Origin: an uncultured Rhodobiaceae bacterium
GTDB lineage: Bacteria > Pseudomonadota > Alphaproteobacteria > Rhizobiales > TMED25
NCBI GenBank assembly: GCA_913045225.1
Contig: CAJWPC010000005.1
Location: forward strand, 44,905 to 108,904
DNA length: 64,000 nt
Direction of reading: 5' to 3'
Each line of letters begins with the position of its first letter. Position 1 is the first letter of the stretch. Of the stretch, positions 30,531 through 41,460 are shown piece by piece. The notes under the pieces were generated by a model. That model did no database searches. It was not told the origin of the DNA and saw nothing but the letters and a program-made list of their open reading frames with translations. The position numbers were made by a program, and so were the translations under genes.

Positions 30531-32399
30531 CTACTGGCTCTGAGTATTAAATAATCTATCAATGTTTTCTTGATATAATTTGACTGTATAATTATCCTCA
30601 AGCGATACTAAGTATTGCTCGAATAGATCGTTCCTCATCTGCAAATCTAGATTATCTATAAATTTCTCATCCCTCTCTGGCTCTGATTGTATATTCGGGA
30701 GTATTTCTACTACCTTTCCAACAAGTACATTATTTTCGGATTTACCAATAATTACTTCATTAATATTTGCACTCAGAATTCTATCATTAAAGTCTTCACT
30801 AAATTCTCTAATCGGGGAGAGTCTACTAAACGGCTCTGATCTTTTTATTTCAATTTGATAGGACTCAATAAGCTCTTGAATTTGATTATTTATTAATCCA
30901 ATTTCTAGCTGTTTTATGATTTCACTTTCTTTATCATTTTTTCTTTTCTTAATCATATCAGCGGTGACAAGATCTCTAACCTCAGCAAAAGATTTTATAT
31001 ATGGTGGATTTATTGAATTTAAGTCTGTCCATATATAACCATTCTCGGTATTATGCACCTCAATAAAATCTCCAATTTCTGAGCTGAATATTTTTTGGAT
31101 GAGTTCTTGGTGATTTATTTCCTCAACCACATCATTCTGGATATTTTTTCCGTTAATATCAATTTTCTTAAAATATTGTGTCTCAATTTGATGTTTCGCA
31201 GATGCTTCCTCTATAGAACTACCATTTAAGAGGTCATCTTCAATTTCAAAATATAGCATTTCCACTAAGTCAATTGCTTCTTGAATTTGGATTTCATCCC
31301 TTATCTCGGCAGCCACATCATCAACTGTAGGGATTTTGCCTGGATTTATTTTTTCTAGGTATAGAACTGAAATACCGAGCATCCCATCAATTGGTTCACC
31401 AAATTCGCCTTCAATCATATTATATGCAGCATCAGCAACTTCGAAATCTAATATCTCATCTTTCCCAACTGAGCCAAGATAGCTCTGCTGTTTGCTTTGC
31501 GAATATTTCGTCAAAAGCTCATTAAATTCAAGCTGATATGAGTCATTATAGAAATTATCAGCTGTTGCCTCATCGTTAAAGAAGAACTGATATAGTTCCC
31601 TTGTCTCTGAGATATTAAAACTATCCAAATTGGCATTAAAATATTCATTTATTTGGGATCGGGTAACTTGAATACCCTTTTTTATATTTTCTGGATCTAA
31701 TATGAGTGCTGTAAAGTCTCTCGTCTCGGATTTTTTGTATCCATTTTTAAACTTTTCATAAAATTCAAGGAGCTCTCTTTCAGATGGTGTTTTTACAACA
31801 ATCTTTGATTTAGGAAGATCAACATATTCGATAACTCTTTCTGTCTTGTTGAATTCATCAACCATTTCAATAAGTACGTTGGGTATGTAAGTTTTATTTC
31901 CTATTATGTTAAATAACTGATTTTGCTTATTAACGTTAATTTCACTTTGCACATAAGTTTCGTCATTATAACCTGCGTATGAGAGGAGCTGCTCATACCT
32001 TGCCTTGTTGAACCTGCCGTCAATTTTGAAGTTATCATCATTAATAATCTGTTCTGCAACAAATTCTTCAGATATATCTATTCCAAGTTTATTAATTTCA
32101 ATTTGAAGAACCATCTTTCTAATTAAGTTTTCAATTGCGATTTCATCTATGCCCAGTTCAAGTGACTCTTTCAATGAAATCTGCTTATCAAGTTGTGAGC
32201 TAATTATTGATAGTTGATTATTATATTCGGTCACAAGTTGATCGAGGCTAACCTCATAATCATCAATCTCAATAGCAACAGTTTTTTTAAAATTACCAAA
32301 GATATCCTGTATACCCCAAACCGCAAAGCTCAGTATTAGGATACCAATTAGAATTTTAACAAATGGTCCTGTTACAGATTTTCTTAGAGTATCCAGCAT
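30531..32399 (-). CDS. ppiD: PpiD/SurA N-terminal domain periplasmic folding chaperone
   Basis: MLDTLRK...LILSFAVWGI N-terminal anchor; 622 aa; conserved position between trpE and tpiA. Confidence 0.82.
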   Translation of the reverse strand: MLDTLRKSVTGPFVKILIGILILSFAVWGIQDIFGNFKKTVAIEIDDYEVSLDQLVTEYNNQLSIISSQLDKQISLKESLELGIDEIAIENLIRKMVLQIEINKLGIDISEEFVAEQIINDDNFKIDGRFNKARYEQLLSYAGYNDETYVQSEINVNKQNQLFNIIGNKTYIPNVLIEMVDEFNKTERVIEYVDLPKSKIVVKTPSERELLEFYEKFKNGYKKSETRDFTALILDPENIKKGIQVTRSQINEYFNANLDSFNISETRELYQFFFNDEATADNFYNDSYQLEFNELLTKYSQSKQQSYLGSVGKDEILDFEVADAAYNMIEGEFGEPIDGMLGISVLYLEKINPGKIPTVDDVAAEIRDEIQIQEAIDLVEMLYFEIEDDLLNGSSIEEASAKHQIETQYFKKIDINGKNIQNDVVEEINHQELIQKIFSSEIGDFIEVHNTENGYIWTDLNSINPPYIKSFAEVRDLVTADMIKKRKNDKESEIIKQLEIGLINNQIQELIESYQIEIKRSEPFSRLSPIREFSEDFNDRILSANINEVIIGKSENNVLVGKVVEILPNIQSEPERDEKFIDNLDLQMRNDLFEQYLVSLEDNYTVKLYQENIDRLFNTQSQ

Positions 32400-32524
32400 T
32401 TTCTCGCTCTAGTATTAATTCCATGTTTGTTCATGCCGTTAATATAAGGTAATATAAAAATTAATTCTATTGTTTTATTGTGTGACGGATTTTGTCTGAT
32501 TTTTTACGAAAAAGGTGGGAATAA

Positions 32525-33274
32525 ATGAAATTCAACCCAGATTCAATGACTTTCGCAGGTAATTGGAAAATGAATGGTCGCCTAGATGACACGGTTAATA
32601 TTGAGAAATTAATTAAATTAATTAGCGACGATGATGCCAATATCATTTTATTTCCGCCATTCACATTAATCTCGAGTTTTGTCAATACTAGTAAAAATTC
32701 AAACCTGAATATAGGTGGTCAAGACTGCCACCATGAAGACTCTGGGGCATTTACTGGTTCAATTTCTGCTTCTATGCTTCGTGACTCCGGTGCTGATTTT
32801 GTAATCATTGGTCATTCTGAGGTGAGGGCGATGCATGAGAAGGGCCCGGATAATATAATCAATAAAATCCAAAGTGCCCATGAAAATAATCTTATTACAA
32901 TAATTTGTGTTGGTGAGGATATCAAAGTGAGGTCTGAGGGGGAGCATTATAATTTCATAAGCAAACAACTAAAAGACTCGGTATCAAGCACCTCAAATCG
33001 TAATAATACCATTATTGCCTATGAACCAATTTGGGCTATTGGTACTGGAAATACTGCAACAAATGAGGATATTTATGAGATGCATGCCCACATTAATAAT
33101 ATACTACAAGACACTGATATATTTAAAAAAGGTAATCCATCACTGCTATATGGAGGATCCGTTAACCCAGAAAATGCAGGGGAGATATTAAACATCGATA
33201 ATGTTAATGGGGTACTAGTTGGGGGAAGCTCTCTCGATTACTCAAAATTTAACGAGATTATAAAATCAAAATAA
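32525..33274 (+). CDS. tpiA: Triosephosphate isomerase
   Basis: AGNWKMN, GAFTG, IGHSE, AYEPIWAIGTG, YGGSV. Confidence 0.96.
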   Translation: MKFNPDSMTFAGNWKMNGRLDDTVNIEKLIKLISDDDANIILFPPFTLISSFVNTSKNSNLNIGGQDCHHEDSGAFTGSISASMLRDSGADFVIIGHSEVRAMHEKGPDNIINKIQSAHENNLITIICVGEDIKVRSEGEHYNFISKQLKDSVSSTSNRNNTIIAYEPIWAIGTGNTATNEDIYEMHAHINNILQDTDIFKKGNPSLLYGGSVNPENAGEILNIDNVNGVLVGGSSLDYSKFNEIIKSK

Positions 33275-33329
33275 TTTTTAATCATTGTTAATTCATTAAA
33301 ATTATAGTAAATAAGCATTAGAGGTTACC

Positions 33330-33665
33330 ATGAGCTCATTAATTCTAATTCTACATCTGGCGGTGGCCATTATTCTGGTTGGCGTAATCTTATTACAAAG
33401 ATCTGAAGGCGGCGCTCTCGGTATCGGGGGTGGCGGATCAGGTGGAGGATTATCCGGCTTCCTAAAAGGCAGAGGACAGGCGAGCGGACTAGTAAAAATA
33501 ACCATTATCCTTGGAACTATTTTTTTTATCACCTCAATGAGTTTAACAATCATAAACTCATATAATAACCAATCTGTGATTGATAGAGTCACGAGTGATC
33601 TCGACCCGTCAAATTTGATTACAACATCTGACAATGATGATGTCAGCGTTCCAATATTGGAATAG
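33330..33665 (+). CDS. secG: Preprotein translocase subunit SecG
   Basis: VILLQRSEGGALGIGGG; two TM segments; follows tpiA. Confidence 0.93.
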   Translation: MSSLILILHLAVAIILVGVILLQRSEGGALGIGGGGSGGGLSGFLKGRGQASGLVKITIILGTIFFITSMSLTIINSYNNQSVIDRVTSDLDPSNLITTSDNDDVSVPILE

Positions 33666-33735
33666 CCTGCAGTTTGCATTTGATATTTTGATTTAGTATT
33701 TTACATTTAATTAATTTTTGTTATTTTATAATTCC

Positions 33736-35364
33736 ATGGCACGTTTTATTTTTATAACAGGTGGTGTGGTATCTTCCTTAGGAAAAGGACTATCTTCAGC
33801 ATCACTTGGTGCATTACTTCAGTCTCACGGATATAAGGTAAAACTTCGTAAGCTTGATCCATATTTGAATGTGGATCCAGGTACCATGAATCCAATACAG
33901 CATGGTGAGGTATTTGTGACCGATGACGGCGCCGAAACAGATCTTGACCTTGGTCATTATGAGCGCTTTACCGATGTATCCGCAACTAAATTTGATAACA
34001 TTACCAGTGGCAAGATTTACCAAGATATTATCCAAAAAGAAAGAAAGGGAGATTATCTTGGGGGTACAGTTCAGGTAATTCCACACGTAACAGATGCGAT
34101 TAAAGAATTCATTACCCAATACACAGATGACGTTGACTTTCTTTTGTGTGAAATTGGAGGCACAGTCGGTGATATCGAGGCCTTACCATTTTTTGAAGCA
34201 ATTAGACAATTAAGAAATGAATTGAGCCCAGAAAATTGTTTATTCATTCATTTAACTTTATTACCATTCATTGCAGCAGCGGGTGAACTCAAGACTAAGC
34301 CAACACAACATTCAGTAAAAGAATTAACTTCAATCGGTATCCAGCCGGACATTATCATATTACGCTGTGACAGAGACATTCCAGAAGATGAGAGAAAAAA
34401 AATCTCATCATTTTGTAATGTTCCATTCAGTAGAATAATTCCAGCTGTAGATGTTGGTAATATATATGATGTTCCGATGAATTTACATCAGAACGGCCTG
34501 GATAGTGAAGTATTAAGTATATTTAATCTTGAGCAAAAAAATAAACCAAATTTCATTAAATGGAAAAAAATCTCATCAAATGCTTGCTCTTTAGAAGAGA
34601 GTGTAAAGGTATCAATTGTTGGAAAATATATTCAATTGCAAGATGCCTACAAATCTCTGGATGAGGCGATATACCATGCTGGATTAATAAATAAGATTAA
34701 GGTTAATGTTGAATGGGTTGATTCTGAGTTACTGGAGAGCTCACCACCAATTGATTATCTGGATAGTACAGATGCAATTTTGGTCCCAGGTGGGTTTGGT
34801 CAACGTGGTAGTGAGGGTAAAATTAATGCAATTAGGTTTGCACGTGAGAAAAAGGTTCCATACTTAGGCATTTGTTTCGGAATGCAAATGGCCATTGTAG
34901 AGATGTCAAGATCACTGCTAAAACTCCCTGGAGCAAACACGACAGAGTTTGGAGATACAGATCACCCTGTTGTTGATCTTATGAAGCAATGGAAAAAAGG
35001 AAAAACCACACAAAAAAGAGATGAAAATACCGATCTTGGAGGGACTATGAGATTAGGAGCTTATGACGCAGTACTAAAAAAAGGCTCAAAAGTCGAAGAG
35101 ATATACAAAGCAAATAAAATAAATGAAAGACATAGGCATCGTTGGGAAGTCAACATTGATTATAAAAAGCATCTTGAAAATCAGGGTGTTGTATTCTCTG
35201 GTCTATCGCCAGATGGCAAATTACCAGAAATTATAGAACTACCTGATCACCCATGGTTTGTCGCTGTACAATTTCATCCTGAATTAAAATCTAGACCTTT
35301 TAATCCGCATCCTTTATTTGTATCTTATATTCTTGCGGCTAGAGAAAAAAGTAGGCTGGTCTGA
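33736..35364 (+). CDS. pyrG: CTP synthase
   Basis: [39 protein letters not shown]. Confidence 0.97.
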   Translation: MARFIFITGGVVSSLGKGLSSASLGALLQSHGYKVKLRKLDPYLNVDPGTMNPIQHGEVFVTDDGAETDLDLGHYERFTDVSATKFDNITSGKIYQDIIQKERKGDYLGGTVQVIPHVTDAIKEFITQYTDDVDFLLCEIGGTVGDIEALPFFEAIRQLRNELSPENCLFIHLTLLPFIAAAGELKTKPTQHSVKELTSIGIQPDIIILRCDRDIPEDERKKISSFCNVPFSRIIPAVDVGNIYDVPMNLHQNGLDSEVLSIFNLEQKNKPNFIKWKKISSNACSLEESVKVSIVGKYIQLQDAYKSLDEAIYHAGLINKIKVNVEWVDSELLESSPPIDYLDSTDAILVPGGFGQRGSEGKINAIRFAREKKVPYLGICFGMQMAIVEMSRSLLKLPGANTTEFGDTDHPVVDLMKQWKKGKTTQKRDENTDLGGTMRLGAYDAVLKKGSKVEEIYKANKINERHRHRWEVNIDYKKHLENQGVVFSGLSPDGKLPEIIELPDHPWFVAVQFHPELKSRPFNPHPLFVSYILAAREKSRLV

Positions 35365-35376
35365 GGATTCTATTTC

Positions 35377-36678
35377 ATGCATGATATTCAAAAAATTAGA
35401 GATAATCCCAAAAAGTTCGCTGAGCTGCAGAAACGAAGGGGCGTAAAAATTGATGTCGAAGAGATAATAACATTGGACTCATCAAAACGTACAGAAATGA
35501 CAAAGCTACAAAATCTTCAGAATGAAAGAAATGAGTTATCAAAGCAAATTGGGTTACAAAAAGGAAAAGATAAAAGTGGTAAAGCGAATGAGTTAATAAA
35601 TAAAGTCCATGATTTAAAAGATCAAATCTCACAACTTGAAAATCAGATTACTGTAACCAATGAGCATCTTGAAGCCATTCTATTAGGACTTCCAAATCTT
35701 CCATATGACGATGTTCCCATTGGTAGTGATGAGAGTTTCAATATTGAAATTGAAGCAAAAAGATATGGTAAAATTAATGATAAAAAAACTGCAGAGCACT
35801 TCGAAATAGATACGATTGAGGGCATGATGGATTTTGAAACTGCCGCCAGAGTGTCAGGCTCAAGATTTGTGTATTTGAGAGGTCAGCTCGCGTTGCTTGA
35901 AAGAGCGCTAGGACAGTTTATGCTTGATACTCATACAATTAAGAATGGTTACACTGAAATAGCGCCGCCGCTAATTGTGAACAATAGCTCGATGCTTGGC
36001 ACTGCTCAACTGCCAAAGTTTGAGGATGATCAATTTCAGGTTATAGTCCGCGATAATGATTTAGCAGATCAAAATAACCGAAAATGGTTAATCCCAACAG
36101 CGGAAGTTTCACTAACAAATATTGTGAGAGAGAAGATAACAGACAAAGCCGATTTACCACTAAGATTTGTTGCCTTAACATCGTGCTTTAGGGCGGAGGC
36201 TGGCGCTGCCGGAAGGGATACAAGGGGGATGATACGCCAACATCAGTTTCAGAAAGTAGAGTTGGTTTCAATAACAGAGCCGGAGCTATCAGACGAAGAG
36301 CATAATCGTATGCTTGAATGCGCTGAAACTATACTTAAAATGCTTGAACTTCCTTACAGAGTTATGCTGCTTTCATCTGGTGATATGGGTTTTTCAGCGC
36401 AAAAGACATATGATCTCGAAGTTTGGATGCCCGGACAACAGGCTTATCGCGAAATATCCAGTATTTCAAATTGTGGTGACTTTCAGGCCAGAAGAATGAA
36501 GGCCAGATATAGAGATGGTAACAAAAATACAAAATATTTACATACATTAAATGGTTCAGGAGTAGCTCTTGGCAGGGCTCTTATCGCTATTCTAGAAAAC
36601 TACCAAACGCCTGATGGCATTCAAGTGCCTGATGTATTAAAAAAATATATGAATAATTTAAGTACCATAAAAATTTGA
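35377..36678 (+). CDS. serS: Serine--tRNA ligase
   Basis: N-terminal coiled coil, LIPTAEV, CFRAEAGAAGRDTRG, HTLNGSG. Confidence 0.97.
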   Translation: MHDIQKIRDNPKKFAELQKRRGVKIDVEEIITLDSSKRTEMTKLQNLQNERNELSKQIGLQKGKDKSGKANELINKVHDLKDQISQLENQITVTNEHLEAILLGLPNLPYDDVPIGSDESFNIEIEAKRYGKINDKKTAEHFEIDTIEGMMDFETAARVSGSRFVYLRGQLALLERALGQFMLDTHTIKNGYTEIAPPLIVNNSSMLGTAQLPKFEDDQFQVIVRDNDLADQNNRKWLIPTAEVSLTNIVREKITDKADLPLRFVALTSCFRAEAGAAGRDTRGMIRQHQFQKVELVSITEPELSDEEHNRMLECAETILKMLELPYRVMLLSSGDMGFSAQKTYDLEVWMPGQQAYREISSISNCGDFQARRMKARYRDGNKNTKYLHTLNGSGVALGRALIAILENYQTPDGIQVPDVLKKYMNNLSTIKI

Positions 36679-36704
36679 AATTAATTTACTAAAGCAACTT
36701 ATTG

Positions 36705-37460
36705 ATGAGTCAAAAAAAAATATTAATAACGAATGATGACGGTATTAACGCTCCTGGAATTGAGCTCTTAATTAATGCCGCAAAAAGAATATCAAATGAT
36801 ATAACAATTATCGCCCCAGAGAGAGAGCAGAGTGGAAGATCTCAAGCGATGTCATTATCAGATATTATTAGACTGAGAGAGATTGATGTAAATATATTTT
36901 CTATATCAGGTACACCTACAGATTGCGTCATGCTTGCAATCAAGCAATTAATGAAAGATAACAAACCAGATCTAATTCTATCAGGGGTTAATAGAGGTCA
37001 GAATCTTGCCGATGATATAAATTATTCCGGAACAATTGGCGCTGCAATGGAGGGTGCAATACACAACATCAAATCTATTGCATTCAGCCAAGTTTTTAAT
37101 ATACATAATAAAGGGTTGGACGCATTTCAGGCAACAAAAAAAAATCTGGATCGGACATTAGATTTTGTTTTAGATTTAGACTATCCAGATAATATCGTTT
37201 TAAATATCAATTTTCCAGATATCTTTGAAAATAATCTGAATCATCGTTTTACTAGACAAGGAAAAAGAGATATTCCAGCTCATACAATGGAAGAAAGGAC
37301 CGATCCTAGAGGACAGAAATACTATTGGATAGGCTTCAAGAGGGCAGAGGGTGGTATGCACGATGGAACAGATCTGGATTGTATTCAGAAAGGTTCTATT
37401 TCAATTACGCCGATTGGGCCAGATCGAACAGACTATTCATTTCTTGAGACCAAAATTTAG
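36705..37460 (+). CDS. surE: 5'/3'-nucleotidase SurE
   Basis: ILITNDDGI, GTPTDCV, SGVNRGQN, YSGTIGAAMEG. Confidence 0.95.
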   Translation: MSQKKILITNDDGINAPGIELLINAAKRISNDITIIAPEREQSGRSQAMSLSDIIRLREIDVNIFSISGTPTDCVMLAIKQLMKDNKPDLILSGVNRGQNLADDINYSGTIGAAMEGAIHNIKSIAFSQVFNIHNKGLDAFQATKKNLDRTLDFVLDLDYPDNIVLNINFPDIFENNLNHRFTRQGKRDIPAHTMEERTDPRGQKYYWIGFKRAEGGMHDGTDLDCIQKGSISITPIGPDRTDYSFLETKI

Positions 37461-37546
37461 TTATAGAATTCTTCTTTTGAAATATAATATTAACTAATTA
37501 TGAATAAACTAAAACTTAATTTTAATTAGCTAAGTTTAAATCATAA

Positions 37547-38551
37547 ATGCCTTCGAAATATCGATCTAAATACATTATACTAACTATTTTTATACTTTTA
37601 CTTACTTCGTGTAGTGCAGGTCTCGAGAGATTTAAAACTGTAAATAATGGTGAAAGTAAAAATCGAGTTAACCAATATTATGAGGATCAAAAAGCAACAT
37701 TTAAAGGCTCTTATTCAAACTACTGGATTGTATCGAGTGGCGAGACTCTAGAGTTTATTGCCAGATCAACTGGGATACCCCTTGAAGATATTGCTTATTA
37801 TAATTCTTTATCATATCCATATAAGCTCAATGATGGAATGCGCTTGTACATAGCAAAAAGAAAGTTGGATACAGATACAGTTTCGCCTGCGAGCAGTCAA
37901 TTTAGTAGTGAAAATGGGGGTGTGTCAAGCGTTGACGATGTCTATTATGTCAAGACTGGAGATACAATCTCATCTATTGCCATGAAATTTGGAATTAATG
38001 CAAAACATCTGATCGAATTAAATAAAATAGCGAATCCAAGCTTAATATATGTCGGGCAAGAGCTTAAAATCGTAGAAAATAAATTATCAAAATCAGATAA
38101 AATAATTAATACGGTTTCAGTTAAAGAAAGCGACAGAGACGGAAATGTTCTCGATGATGCAGATAAGTCAAAGGCGGGCACACCTCAATTTAGATGGCCT
38201 GTTTTAGGGAGGGTTATCAATAATTATGGAGCTGAAGTTTTTGGTAGAGTTAATAATGGAGTATATATTTCAGCTCCGTTAGGCTCAGAGATTAGGGCCT
38301 CTGAACGTGGTGTTGTGACCTTTGTTGGCACCGAAGATTATTTTGGAGATCTAATTATAATTAAGCACCTTAACAATTGGGTTTCATCATATGCACATCT
38401 AGACAAATCAAATGTATTAATTGGCGATAAGATAGAAAAAGGTGATATTATTGGAACAGTCGGTACATCAGGGATAATAGAAAGCCCCCAATTATACTTT
38501 GAGCTGAGGCGAGGCGCAATTGTGCAGGATCCAACTGACTTTCTAAATTAG
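37547..38551 (+). CDS. LysM/M23 peptidase-domain lipoprotein (NlpD/DipM-like)
   Basis: Lipobox LLTSC, two LysM repeats, C-terminal degenerate M23 domain (FRWPV, NNGVYI, YAHL, QLYFELR). Confidence 0.85.
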   Translation: MPSKYRSKYIILTIFILLLTSCSAGLERFKTVNNGESKNRVNQYYEDQKATFKGSYSNYWIVSSGETLEFIARSTGIPLEDIAYYNSLSYPYKLNDGMRLYIAKRKLDTDTVSPASSQFSSENGGVSSVDDVYYVKTGDTISSIAMKFGINAKHLIELNKIANPSLIYVGQELKIVENKLSKSDKIINTVSVKESDRDGNVLDDADKSKAGTPQFRWPVLGRVINNYGAEVFGRVNNGVYISAPLGSEIRASERGVVTFVGTEDYFGDLIIIKHLNNWVSSYAHLDKSNVLIGDKIEKGDIIGTVGTSGIIESPQLYFELRRGAIVQDPTDFLN

Positions 38552-39411
38552 ACTAATTTTATATTATTTTTTGCCGCAATAGAGGTGATGAACTGCCATG
38601 CAACTCTACCAGATCTTGATCCTCTTCCGGCAGCCCATTCGATTGCCTCTGCGTGTAAAGTCTCCGTATTTGGAATATTATAGTGTCGAGTATATGCATC
38701 AATCATTGTGAGATATTGATCTTGTGAACAATTATGAAATCCGATCCACAAACCAAATCGATCTGAGAGAGAGACTTTCTCCTCAATTGCTTCAGATGGA
38801 TTTATCGCTGTCGATGTCTCATTTTCTATCATCTCACGCGCCATAAGATGACGTCTATTTGATGTGGCATAAAATATTACATTTGATGGCCTGCCCTCTA
38901 TGCCGCCCTCTAGTGCTGTTTTGAGTGATTTATAGGTTGTATCATCGTTGTCAAATGATAAATCATCACAGAATATAATATAATTTACCTTACTATATTC
39001 TTTGATTATACCCAAAATATCTGGCAAATCTCTTATATCCTCTCTGTGAATCTCTATTAAAATAAGTTTATTTTTTGATGTTTTGCACAACTTACCATGT
39101 ATTCCTTTTATAAGTGAACTTTTTCCCATACCTCTTGCGCCCCATAAAAGCGCATTATTTGCAGGCAATGATTTCGAAAATTTTATTGTATTTTCTAGAA
39201 GAATATCAATATTTTGATCAATTCCCTTAAGTAGCTCAAGCGGAATAGAGTTGACATTCTTGACTGGCTTAAAGCATCCTCGGTCGGATTGCCACATGAA
39301 TGCGTCTGCCTCTGTCCAATTAATTTTAATTTCAGCTCTAGTATGTTTGTCTTCTAGAATCTTTCTAATTTTTGATATTTCTTCTATTAATTTATCGTTA
39401 TTTTCAGTCAT
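38548..39411 (-). CDS. DUF815 AAA+ ATPase
   Basis: NNALLWGARGMGKSSL, FCDDLSF, YATSNRRHL, EKVSLSDRFG. Confidence 0.9.
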   Translation of the reverse strand: MTENNDKLIEEISKIRKILEDKHTRAEIKINWTEADAFMWQSDRGCFKPVKNVNSIPLELLKGIDQNIDILLENTIKFSKSLPANNALLWGARGMGKSSLIKGIHGKLCKTSKNKLILIEIHREDIRDLPDILGIIKEYSKVNYIIFCDDLSFDNDDTTYKSLKTALEGGIEGRPSNVIFYATSNRRHLMAREMIENETSTAINPSEAIEEKVSLSDRFGLWIGFHNCSQDQYLTMIDAYTRHYNIPNTETLHAEAIEWAAGRGSRSGRVAWQFITSIAAKNNIKLV

Positions 39412-39537
39412 TTGTTCAGATATAAAAAATTATTATTTAAAAATTTTTCATTAACCTATATATATTATAAAGAAATTTATTGGAAATATATTTTTCTGTC
39501 TACAGTTTTAGTTATATATAAAGAAAGTGAATTTACC

Positions 39538-39837
39538 ATGATTACCCAAGCATACGCGGCATCGCACCCAGGTGGTGGTGATATTTTTCTTCAATTACTT
39601 CCATTTTTACTCATTTTCTTAATCATTTACTTTTTGATTTTAAGACCACAGCAAAAGCGCGTCAAAGCTCATAAGGAGATGATTGACTCACTTAAGAAAG
39701 GTGATACCGTTATCACTCAAGGAGGTCTAATTGGAAAAATATCAAAAATTATAAGCGATCAAGAGGTTGAAATTGAAATAGCCAAAGATGTTAAAGTGAA
39801 GGCTGTAAGAGGGATGATTTCAGATATCAAGAAATGA
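39538..39837 (+). CDS. yajC: Preprotein translocase subunit YajC
   Basis: YFLILRPQQKR, GDTVITQGG; start placed at ATG 39538 (MITQAYA). Confidence 0.94.
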   Translation: MITQAYAASHPGGGDIFLQLLPFLLIFLIIYFLILRPQQKRVKAHKEMIDSLKKGDTVITQGGLIGKISKIISDQEVEIEIAKDVKVKAVRGMISDIKK

Positions 39838-39856
39838 CTCTCTAACAGGGATAAAA

Positions 39857-41446
39857 ATGCTATATTTCTCAAAATTCAAATCAATAAGCATACTCTTAAT
39901 TTGCTTACTGGGTGTTATTTTTGCTTTTCCCAATGTACTAAGCCAAACCACTTTAAATAATCTGCCCAAAATTATTCCACACAAACAAATCAATCTTGGC
40001 CTAGACCTAAGAGGAGGCTCTCATCTCCTTGTCGAGGTCCAATCATCCGTCCGTGCCTCTGAGAGAATGGATGATCTTTACGATGAAATTAGGATTGAAC
40101 TAAGACGCAATAAAATTTTATTATCAGATATTTCACAGAGTAATAACCAATTAAAAATTACGCTAAGCGACGATGGTTTTAAGGGTGATCTTTTAGATAT
40201 TATTGAGTCTTTATCGCAAAATGTTAGAGGTCAATTGGGAACGGGTCAGTTAGTAGATGAACTCAATATTGTGGAGCAAATTGATGGCTCAATTCTTGTG
40301 AGCATGACAGAAGAAGCTGAAAGTGATCTTTTACGACGTTCAGTCGATCAGTCAATCGAAATAATAAGAAGAAGAATAGATGAGCTTGGAACTAAAGAAC
40401 CTACAATCCAGCGACAGGGGGACTCGAGAATCCTTATTCAGGTTCCGGGATTAGATGATCCAAAAAGATTAAAAGATCTTCTTGGAACTACTGCAAAGAT
40501 GACATTTCACCTGATCGATCCTTTTTATGATGGCGGCAATGTATCTCGTTCATCAATGCAATTGAAGCACGCAAATAATGAGAGTACATATGTAGTTGAG
40601 AGGAGATCCATAATTGGAGGGGAAAATTTAGTTGATGCCCAACCAGGGTTTGACTCACAAACCAACCAGCCGATAGTAAATTTCCGATTTGATGGTCAGG
40701 GATCAAGGAAATTCGGTAAAATAACCACAGATAATGTTGGAAAGCTATTCGCAATTGTTTTGGATAATGAGGTGATATCTGCTCCAATCATTAATGAGCC
40801 AATATTAGGTGGCTCAGGAATGATATCCGGAAGTTTTACAGTTCAAGAAGCGAACGATTTAGCTATTCTGCTGAGGGCAGGGGCATTGCCCGCGCCTCTC
40901 GTTATACTTGAGGAAAGAACTGTTGGCCCAGGTTTAGGGGCTGACTCAATAAAATCAGGGCAAATCGCATCAATATTGGGTCTGTTACTTGTTTTAATTT
41001 ATATGTTTGCATCATATGGCAGATTTGGGATTTATTCAAACATATCGCTATTAATAAACCTATCATTGATTGTAGCTGTATTATCAATTCTGCAAGCCAC
41101 ATTGACTTTACCGGGAATAGCGGGAATAATCCTCACGATCGGGATGGCTGTTGATGCAAATGTTTTAATCTTTGAAAGAATTAGAGAAGAAATTTCAAAC
41201 AACAAGTCCGTAATTAATGCAATAGACAATGGATATAAGAGGGCTCGCACAACGATACTTGACGCCAATATCACTACCTTTATTGCAGCTATTATACTTT
41301 TTCAATTGGGGTCAGGTCCAATAAAAGGGTTTTCGATTACACTTGCAATAGGCATCGTAACATCAGTTTTTACCGCTTTTACACTTACAAGGTTCCTTGT
41401 GGCAATGTGGATAAAAAGATCAAATCCAAAAGAAATTAATATTTGA
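39857..41446 (+). CDS. secD: Protein translocase subunit SecD
   Basis: LGLDLRGG, LLRAGALPA, GMAVDANVLIFERIREE. Confidence 0.96.
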   Translation: MLYFSKFKSISILLICLLGVIFAFPNVLSQTTLNNLPKIIPHKQINLGLDLRGGSHLLVEVQSSVRASERMDDLYDEIRIELRRNKILLSDISQSNNQLKITLSDDGFKGDLLDIIESLSQNVRGQLGTGQLVDELNIVEQIDGSILVSMTEEAESDLLRRSVDQSIEIIRRRIDELGTKEPTIQRQGDSRILIQVPGLDDPKRLKDLLGTTAKMTFHLIDPFYDGGNVSRSSMQLKHANNESTYVVERRSIIGGENLVDAQPGFDSQTNQPIVNFRFDGQGSRKFGKITTDNVGKLFAIVLDNEVISAPIINEPILGGSGMISGSFTVQEANDLAILLRAGALPAPLVILEERTVGPGLGADSIKSGQIASILGLLLVLIYMFASYGRFGIYSNISLLINLSLIVAVLSILQATLTLPGIAGIILTIGMAVDANVLIFERIREEISNNKSVINAIDNGYKRARTTILDANITTFIAAIILFQLGSGPIKGFSITLAIGIVTSVFTAFTLTRFLVAMWIKRSNPKEINI

Positions 41447-41460
41447 GCGGGTAATTATTT

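Noticed and set aside
37461-37546. TTAA-rich motifs resembling CtrA boxes upstream of the LysM/M23 gene
   Set aside because: No exact TTAA-N7-TTAA; near matches are expected by chance in such AT-rich DNA
39412-39537. Long N-terminal extension of YajC
   Set aside because: AT-rich divergent promoter region; the typical YajC start MITQAYA is at 39538
41406-41414. TGTGGATAA DnaA-box match
   Set aside because: Inside secD coding sequence (Met-Trp-Ile) and isolated; no origin-like cluster of boxes was seen
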